A DNA stretch of 64,000 nt from Geosiphon pyriformis uo1. Taxonomy: Eukaryota > Fungi > Glomeromycota. Location of the stretch: contig JAAOMT010000009.1 of the NCBI GenBank assembly GCA_016748015.1, forward strand, positions 1,489,924 through 1,553,923, in the 5' to 3' direction. Under the pieces are notes generated by a model. The model saw nothing but the letters and a program-made list of their open reading frames with translations. It did not search any database and was not told the origin of the DNA. Of the stretch, positions 55,001 through 64,000 are shown one piece after another; positions within the stretch are counted from its first letter, which is position 1, and every line of letters begins with the position of its first letter. The position numbers and the translations under genes were made by a program.

Positions 55001-55958
55001 AAACCAATCACCACTATGTACACTAATGCCAAAGTTAATGAATATTCTATCAAGCTCATCCTTAATAGTGGGTCAGTAGACAACATTATTACATGACAAC
55101 TCATGGATCAATTAAGTCACCAAGTTGATCATGCTGCCAGCATTAGAATTATAACTGCTGATGGAGCAACCAAAACTCCAATTGGTGAAATAGATGACTT
55201 CCTATTTGAAATCAACAGCATCATAATACTAATCAAGATATTGGTAATGAAAGCAACTCAGTACTAAGCTTTTATTGGGAATGACTGGCTGTACAAAACC
55301 AATGCTATGCTTAACTGGAACACTCAAGAACTGCAGCTCAGCCAGAATGGCCACCACACACACATACCAGCCACCTGTGACCACTTTAAGACCACTACCA
55401 ATGACAAACCACTCATTGAATTAGAAGAAAAAAAAAACCTATCTGAGAAGCATATCAAGTTTCCTGGACTGACACTAAACACAATGAGCTACCACCAATA
55501 CTTTTCTGAGATGACAAAGAGAAAGGAAAGGAAAAAGACACACCAGAAGAAAATGCTACTGCAGAAGAAATAACTAATGGTTGGAAAAGAAAATACTTAC
55601 ATGAGCCAATAAAAGAACTGCTATATATTCCTCTAAAATATAAGGACTATAACAAGAGACTCTTTTTTATGGAACCATGAATTGTACCAAATGAAGATCA
55701 TTGAATGAGAACTCATTATTATTGCAAGCCTTGCTACTGTGAATGCTATGACTATCCAAAAAGACAAGACAAGTAGGACAACAAATCATGTCTCACTTGC
55801 AGGAAACAATTGCTCAACAAAAGAATGTGGAACAACATTTCTGGTCAAGGAGGAACATACAACACTTTATGTCAATACATAATTCTTATTAGCAATTGGG
55901 TGAGTTGTAATACGCCAATAACTGCCACCTAGCACTGAGTGATTTCTTGCTTGGACGG

Positions 55959-56962
55959 TGTTACCAGTAGAATTTTAGCTATTAATTAGCATGAAATTAC
56001 CCTTATAATTCCTATAATTAATTAGTATATTAATATCATTTCAAAATATCATTTATTATTTAATCAATTATCATATATCATAATTCAATTAAAATAATCT
56101 AACTAGTATAACAGAAAGTAGGATGATTAAATTACACAATACCCTGAACTTTGTAACATTCTAAAATTCGCCGAAATTTACAGAAATTCACCAAAATTTA
56201 TATGAAATTTGCCGAAATTTGCCAAAATTATAAATAGTTCATCCAAATTAATCAATAGTTTAGCAAAATAACTTGTAGTTCATCAAAATGTATCTTTAGT
56301 TTGCTGAAATTTGAGCAAAGAGAAAAAGTGCAAGTTCATAGACTAGTACTACAACAAGTTGTATAAAAGAAGAGCTTTTCTCTTTAAAAAAATGTATCTT
56401 ACTTTAGATTTATCACTTAGAACCATTCTTATACACACAAAAAGAAATAAATATTAAATAATTTGAAAAACCAAATTCTTTAAATATTGCACTTGAAAAA
56501 TCTCCAAAAACCCAACTAATGTTTTGAAATTAAATAGTTACCAATTTCAGTAAACTGTTAGTGACTTCAGGTCTGGATAGAAAACGTTTCCCTTGACAGA
56601 ATTCTTTTTCTTTTACATTTTTTTTATTTTTTTTTTATTTTCTTATTACAATCATTAGGATAGCTTACAAATGAGATTCCAGTAGAAGAGTTAACTTTTA
56701 CAGCAAAGTAACTACACATTTTTTAGTGAGCTTTCAGATGAGCAATTCCTGGGAAAGAGTTGATGTTTACTACAATGTAACTATACAAAGTAACTGGTAT
56801 AGAATTGGCCATTCCACTCACAAGTCCAGCAGTTCAAATTATAGGAGATAATTTGAAGATAAATTCAGTTATTCGAGGTTCAACTACTTCTAAAAAACAT
56901 GAATTTGCAACCAACAGATATTTACAACATTCAAAAAAAGAGACCAAAAACCTCCAGTAACA
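55959..56962 (+). repeat. Nested solo LTR of a different Gypsy family (1004 bp)
   Basis: Perfect TGTTAC...GTAACA termini. TSD ACGG 55955-55958 / ACAG 56963-56966. The host frame LDG|YLHDE rejoins. Confidence 0.92.
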
Positions 56963-57534
56963 ACAGTTACTTACATGATGAAAACAAAATCTGGAGAATG
57001 ACAAATGCCAAAGTTGAAGAAGCCACATCTAGTGAAATTTTAGAAATTAAAAACAATCCACCAAAACCAGTAGAAACAGTTCTTATTCCAAATCCTGACG
57101 TTTTCTTCGACATTGAAGCAGGCCCAGAAGAATTTCATAAGTACCATTAGAACTTAGTGTTAACAAGAAAGGAACAGAAACAATAACTGGAAGAATTAAA
57201 TACCAAACTATGCTGACATTGTTTAATTCCCAGTAATTTTGAATATTGTAATAATTGTGATCTCATTTACAATCTACTACTATGCATGATTTATACAATT
57301 CTGAAAGAGAAAAAACCAATCAGCAGCTGTACATCAGAATCGGAATTAATTTTTAATCCCAATTTAAACTCTGGCAATGATAATAATGAGAATAATAGTT
57401 CCAGCTTCATTCCAAATGACCACAAAAATTACAATGATTCAAACTCCAATTCAAATCCCAAAACATACATCACACTCTCTGATCTTATCAAGGAACAAGA
57501 ACTTAAATGGTTCAGTGATAATAACGAAAGTATT

Positions 57535-57925
57535 ATGCCAAAATGCATACATGATACTAATACAGGATTTGATCTAAGATATTCAGAACAATATGCCATC
57601 AAATTAGAACCACATTCACACACTTGTATTGATCTGAAAATAGCACTGAAAATTCCAGCAACAACAATGGTTCAATTAACATCTAGGAGCAGTTTAGCAA
57701 AAAAAAAATCAACATCAAAGGAGGAATGATTAATGCAGAATATGTAGGAAACATTATTGGAATACTACAAAATAACTCTGAAAAGGCCTATATTATAGAG
57801 CCAAATGAAAGATAGCACAGGCAATATTCTTATCTTTGGTAAAAATAGCTCAGTTAGTGTTAGTGAGAAACAAAAAAGAATTAGGAATTACAGCTAGAGA
57901 GATACAAAGTTTCAGATCCACAAGT
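57535..57925 (+). pseudogene. dUTPase domain within Gypsy pol
   Basis: All five trimeric-dUTPase motif relics: TGFDL, SRSSLAK, GGMINAEYVGNI, IAQAIF, REIQSFRST. Confidence 0.9.
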
Positions 57926-60900
57926 AGAATAGATGTTCCAATTAATATGGCAGAGGAAAAAATTATTAACAAGAAAAAAATTATTTCCACTCATTAACCA
58001 ATTTCTATTCCACTATATGACCAGTATATGGTAGTTATAGAGAGAAAAGTAAAGGATCAAGTTCAGATTTTTGAAACAAAAGCAACACTTTGTGAATCAG
58101 GAGAAATTAGATTAGTCAATTTACACATACCAGCCAAGAACCACAGTCACATCAAAATTCTCATTTACAACAATACAGGAAATGTTATCAAGATACCAGA
58201 AGAAACCACCATTGAATACTTAACTACTGAAATTGAAAACCAACTGCCAAATACCATTCCAGATTTCCCACAACTGTATGGATATGTAGATATTACATCT
58301 CAAACCATATATGGACAAGAAAAATGTTATCTGCTTCAACCAGAACAATTGAAACAGATAAACTCAGAAAATTTAGACTCACTTTAATGAATGCAACTTA
58401 AAATATTATTCAACAACTTCAATAATATCTTTGCCAGCAAAAATAAATTTGGCAAAATTAACATAATTTAGCACCAGATCAAGACTGGAAATACAATGCC
58501 AATTAAGCAAAGAGCATACAGAGTATTACCAGCTAGCTATAAGATTATTTGTCAAGAAATCAATTGGATGTTTAACAATAAGCTAATTCAGCCATCAATA
58601 AGCCCATGGTTGTCATCAGTGGTACTAGTTCATAAGAAAAATAGAAAAATCCACTTTTGTGTAGATTACTGAAAACTGAATGGAATAACCAAAAGAGATA
58701 GCTACCTGACTCTAAAGATCTAAGAATTGTTCGATGCTTTTGGAGAAAAAAAATGGTTCTCAACTTTAGATTTGAACAGTGGTTATTGGCAAATAGCCAT
58801 AAAACTGGAAGATAAAGAGAAAACAGCTTTCACAACTCGGAAAGAAAATTTTGAATTTAAAATGATACCATTTGGCTTGATGAATGCTCCTGTCATATTT
58901 CAACAGCAAATGGAAATTGTCTATACTAAATTACTATAGAAATCAGTAGTCATATACTTGAATAACACCAATGTGTTTTCAAAAACATTTGATGATCATC
59001 TGCATTATCTCCAACAAGTATTTAAAAGACTCAGATGAGCAGGATTGAAATTAAATGCAAACAAATACTTCTTTGGCAAAACAGAACTCAAGTTCTTGAG
59101 ACATATAATGAGCAAAGATGACATTAAAACAGATCCGAATAAGATTGCAATAGTAAAGAACTTTCTAGTACCAATTAATTTGATAGAATTAAGAGCATTT
59201 TTGGGATTTGTAGGCTATTATTATCACTTTATCAAGGACTTTTCTAAACTGGCTCAGCCATTTTATCATCTACAAACCAAGAATATAAAGTACAAATAGA
59301 CAGAAGTTCAACAAAAAGCATTCGATACACTAAAAAAAAAACTTATTCAAGCTCCAGTACTGATCTATCCAGACCACAGTAAACCATTCATTATCACTAC
59401 AGATATATTAGGCCAAGCATTGAAAGCAGTACTATCATAGAGAGAACTGGATGAAAGAAAACATCCAGTAGCATACACCAGCCAAAGCTTGAGTCCAACA
59501 GAAAAGAACTATAGAACACCAACATTGGAACACTTAACTATTTATTGGGCTGTTACCAAATAGAAAGAATACTTAAACCAGAAATTTGATAAATACACAG
59601 ATCACAAAAGATTGACTTCAATTCAGAATCAAAAATTTGGAAATGATTATCATACAAGATGGAAAATAGTACTATTACCATATACATTTACAGTACATTA
59701 TAAAAAAGGAAAAGACAATAAAAATGTTGATGGTTTGTCATAAATGAGACAAATATAAAAAAACATTTCAACCCAAAAATATAACAAAACATGAATATAT
59801 AAAAATACCAACAACTCCAACATTATATAAATACTCAATTGTTTAAGGAGAAATTATCTTAAAAAGAACAAAACAACATAAAACAACAATCAAAATATTT
59901 TATCAGTTACCAAAATATACTTTACTGGGAAAACAGAAAGAATTCAGATCAACCAATCAGAGTAATTACAGAACCAGAGAAAGAGACAATATTGTTCAAC
60001 ATGCACTCAGATCCAACAGCAGGATATTTTCATAAAGAAGCAACAATAGAAAGAACCAGAAAAAGATACTATTAACCATTAATATATCTAAACATCATTC
60101 AATATGTTTAAAATTGTGATGCTTGTCAGAAAAAAAAAGGAACAAAACCCAGTAAACCATTGAGACCAATCAAAATAGAACAACTATTCAATTGCATTGG
60201 AATTGACTTAGTTGGATCATTAACAATTACCAACAGAGGCAACAAATATATTGCAATAGCCATGAATTATCTCACAAAATGGCCAAAAGCAAAAGCCATT
60301 CAAAGAGCAGATGCAGAATCCATTGCTGAATTTGTTTATCAAGACTTGATCTGTTGACACAGATGTCTAAAAGAATTGTTATCAAATCAAGGAACTCATT
60401 TTGTGAATAGAACATTAACAGAATTGAGTCAAAGATTTGGGATAAAAAGACCATTATTATTATTATACCATTCACAAACAAATGGGCTAGTTGAAAGGTT
60501 TAACAAAACATTGTATGAAGCCATTGCCAAAATCAGCCAAAAAAACCAGGACAAATGGGATTTGATTATATCATTAGCATTATTTGCTTATTGGACAATG
60601 AAGCAAGACACTATACAAGCAACACTATTTGAATTAGTATACGGTAGAACAGCAACATTACCAGTTAAGATAGAAGTTAAAACATATCTAATAGAACCAA
60701 TAACAGAAGAGAATTTTTAAAAAACATTGCTGAGAAGAACATATGACTTAATGGAGACACTAGAAAACACACAGCAAAGAGCAGCTAATAACATCCAAAA
60801 GTCACAAGAAAAACAAAAAGAAAAACACAATAACCAACTACCAAAGAAACCAGTTGAATTTAAGATTGGAGACAAAGTACTTTTACATTGTACTAAAGTG

Positions 60901-61161
60901 GAAAAACAATAAAGTGGAAAATTTGACTTCAAATGGAACAGACCATTTCACATAAAAAAAATTCTTGGAAATAGAGCTTATAAATTAAGGTTAAACAACA
61001 AAATTTTAACCAAAGCAGCACATGGTAATTGACTGAAACAATATTACCATATAGTATTATCATTTACTAATAATATTTCACAATTAAGAGTACAAAAAAT
61101 ACTAGTCAAACCAGATGAGATTCCACAAGATCTAAAACCAATTATTATTATTGAACCAAAC

Positions 61162-61857
61162 ATGTAAAATTGAACAACTGAAAGAGTATATAAAGACACG
61201 GTATAAGTGACAAAAGACAACAGAAAAATAGAAATTACTGATAACATTTACTCATTAGCACAACAACTCTTTCAATTAATACAACAACAAGAGATGGAAA
61301 TTACAATTAACCAACAAACTATCAAATATACAAACACCAAAAAAAGAACACAAGATAAAACATGAAGAAAAACAGAAAACACTGTTGACAAAATAATTGT
61401 AAAAGTGAAACTGGCAATAGAAATACAACCAAAAATAACCCAATATTAAGAGTTGACTATAAAAACTTGGAATTGGTGGATACAACAATTTCCAAGAAAC
61501 TTTTGTTACTTTTATTTGGGACAACACTTGAATATTTAGGGCTTGTACATGGATAAAATGAAATGATTATTTGACACAACAATATTACAACAACTAAAAC
61601 AATTTGTGGGGAAGAACAATTTGACCACACAAGCAAGAGCCATTTATTGACTACACACTGGATTTCAAGATCGACCAGAAATTTTACTCAATCCAAAAAT
61701 AAACTCCATTACTATTAACCAAATAGAAAAAATAACCAATGCTCAATTTGAAGAATTACAAAACAAGATAGCACAAATAATTCTGAAAAAAGAAATTCAA
61801 GAAATATTCAAAGATAGAGAATTAGAATTAGGAGATTTTGATAGAGCTCAATAATAA
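61162..61857 (+). pseudogene. Conserved extra ORF (~230 aa) between integrase and PPT, in frame with pol
   Basis: Single frame in which all internal stops are revertible to Gln/Arg/Trp codons. A homologue lies at 9232-8438. Confidence 0.75.
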
Positions 61858-61871
61858 AAAGAAGAAAATAA
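61856..61871 (+). promoter_or_regulatory. Polypurine tract
   Basis: AAAAAGAAGAAAATAA immediately before the 3' LTR TG. Confidence 0.8.
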
Positions 61872-62723
61872 TGTTACTTATAGAATATAAAAAGTATATT
61901 AGCATATAAATTAGCCAATTAGAAATAACCATAGTAAATATGAAATTCCAGAATTCTTTTCAAAGGAATTACATAATTCCAGGAATTTTAGGATTCTCAT
62001 ACAAGGAATTGCAGGATCTCAAAATTCCAGGATTCTTCTCAAAGAAATTGCAGGATTCCAGAAATTCCAGAATTCCTGGTGTAAAAAATTAAGAAATTGA
62101 GGAATCTTAATTATGTATATATAGCAGTAGTGTTAAAAGTAGAAAAAACAGACCTTTCAGGTTAGATTTAATTTAAACAATCTTCCACATCACAAATATC
62201 AATAAATAATTATTTGGTATCTCAAATCTATTCTTTATTATCAACACTTCATGTTGATAATAATTGATACTTAAACATACTGGAACAATAGCTCTTGATC
62301 ATGGCTATTGACGGAATACTAACATTCATTGTCTTGGCTTATTTTTCTTTTATTTTCTTTTATTTTTGTTATTTCTTTGTCTTACTAATTAATTGAAAAT
62401 TAAGTACTGAGTTATTGACATCAAGGATAGCCTAATAAAAGACCCCAAAAAAAGGGTATAAGAATTAAGAATTTAAGGATAGCTTATCAGAAGAGCATTT
62501 TTGCCAAATTACCAGCCACCATGCTGAGAAAAAAATCGACAGAATTGCGATTCTGGAAGGCTACTAAAAAGATAACAATTGAATCTCTGTCTATTATACA
62601 AAGAACTCCACAACAAAACCTTCAGATCAACAAGACCTTCAGAAGCTAACATTATTAAATCAATTGAGTACCAAATTATAAATTTGTTATTTGATTTGAG
62701 ATTCCAAATAATCAACTGTAATA
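61872..62723 (+). repeat. 3' LTR
   Basis: TGTTAC...TGTAATA; direct repeat of 51694-52545. Confidence 0.95.
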
Positions 62724-64000
62724 CCATGTAATCTCAATCAGTACTATCAGTCTAATATTAGTGAAAGTGTCCTCCCAATCATAAGGTTTAAGAATCATGG
62801 AAACCCAAAATCTCTTCTATTGCTTAGGAACTTTTCCAAATTTTAGACACCTATTGAAAATGCTCAAAAGATCATTGAGAACAAAAAAATTACTGTGCTT
62901 CCAAAGTTCATTGGGAATGCCAGAAAGCCCAACAGTTTTGCCATCCAGCAAGTCTCTGATGATCTGCAGAAGTTCTTTTATGCTAATATTACACATAATT
63001 CCAAAAAATGTATCATCATCTATGTGACTTAAAGAAGCATATTGAACAGACTAACAACTCAGCAGAGCACCAGAAACCAAGTGTTTCTTCATCCAACCTT
63101 CTATTATAGTATCAATTGAAGACTTGACAGTCTGAAACTCCAAGATAAGCTTATTGTTAACAATCAAATGATCAAAAACCATCTTTCTAAAAGGTCAATC
63201 TAGAATGCTTTTTATCATTTATCTCTTATTCAAACAAAAATTTTCCATGTGTTTTGACACAGTTTTCCTGATGAAATCATCCTTAACAATTCTGAATTTG
63301 TGATACTTGGATCTGCGGTAACTTCTTTTGACAACCAAAACATGATGTAAAATATCCTCAACTTTATCACCCTTATTGATCATAATACACACCTTGGATG
63401 CCTCTTTGTCATTTATGCCTGCCCAGGTATCAACCAAGCAGTTAGTTTTCATACTCAGACCTGAATTTAAACTACTAACAATTTTGGACATCAGTAATTC
63501 CAACTTGTGAAACTTAGAAGACAATTTGTTCCTTATACTATTAAACTCACTAAACCAGAGTCTGGAGAATATTTTATCAGGAAAATTCATTACCACCCCT
63601 TTAAGAATATCTCACATGTTGTTCAAATTACTACTGTGTTCTACAGCATAAAAACTAACTGAATTCTTCAAAAATTTGTCAGAAGAGCACTTCATAAAAT
63701 ATTTCCATTCATTAATATCCATGCTTTTTAGCTTGAATTTCCAATGATCTTTATTTGTTTGTTTGCATAAAACCCTTAATTAAACATCCAAAAGCCCACT
63801 CAAGCCTACTAAAACTAAAACAGCTTTGTAATTAGTATCAAAAAATTCAAATACAGAGTTAACTCTATGACCAGTCACAGCTAAAATAAGAGTCTTACTA
63901 ATCATGATGTAATCAATAGCTTTTTCAACATCTTTTGAGTTGCTCTATATAAAGGCTTCAGCCAAAAGATGTTTACCAAAAGAATTGACCAAGTTCAGAC
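62724..64000 (-). mobile_element. LINE C, upstream portion (APE C-terminus, linker, RT start); runs off the window
   Basis: AIDYIMIS, FFDTNYKAV, SSKFHKLELL, DGKTVGLSGIPNELW, WVSMILKPYDW. Contiguous with 51693. Confidence 0.9.

Larger units (their letters stand above)
55000..61167 (+). pseudogene. Gypsy pol: protease, Cys-rich domain, dUTPase, RT, RNase H, integrase (GPF motif, no chromodomain)
   Basis: PR LILNSGS (decayed DSG) ~55060. RT FCVDY, LDLNSGYWQI, PFGLMNAP, YLNN (decayed YLDD) at 58480-59300. RH 59340-59740. IN IGIDLVG, QTNGLVERFN, KWNRPF at 59960-61100. Confidence 0.9.
51694..62723 (+). mobile_element. Full-length Ty3/Gypsy LTR retrotransposon (dUTPase-bearing), pseudogenised, inserted in LINE C
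   Basis: Paired 852-bp LTRs, PBS and PPT. TSD TCAT 51690-51693 / CCAT 62724-62727. The LINE RT frame LIEIT(W)|KILSK rejoins across it. Domain order gag-PR-RT-RH-IN. Confidence 0.95.

Noticed and set aside
62515-62723. Kozak-like GCCACCATG starting an ORF inside the LTR
   Set aside because: Other copies read ACA or ATA at this codon, consistent with decay of an ancestral ACG. The frame to gag is not conserved between the elements.

Overview
Eukaryotic, very AT-rich fungal scaffold with N gaps. The transposon families look like those I recall from Glomeromycotina assemblies such as Geosiphon; this is inference, not verified. There is one intact host gene, a 4-exon HSF-family transcription factor (minus strand, 21148-18658, ~671 aa), with a ~12 kb TE-free, microsatellite-rich upstream region. 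Both flanks are nests of decayed retroelements. The Ty3/Gypsy material comprises one full-length element (51694-62723, 852-bp LTRs, 4-bp TSD, nested solo LTR), two partial elements, solo LTRs and fragments. The LINEs encode APE-RT-RNase H: two full length, one split by the Gypsy, and one relic. All repeats are riddled with C>T/G>A transitions that are not confined to CpG. Most notable: (1) the Gypsy lineage has an unusual polyprotein, with a Cys-rich domain plus dUTPase between PR and RT and a conserved ~230-aa ORF in frame behind integrase; (2) a covarying LTR hairpin with a palindromic loop may sit inside an intron; (3) the LINEs share a covarying 3' UTR stem-loop and an ATGA stop-start junction; (4) the repeats show RIP-like hypermutation in a lineage where classical RIP is not established.
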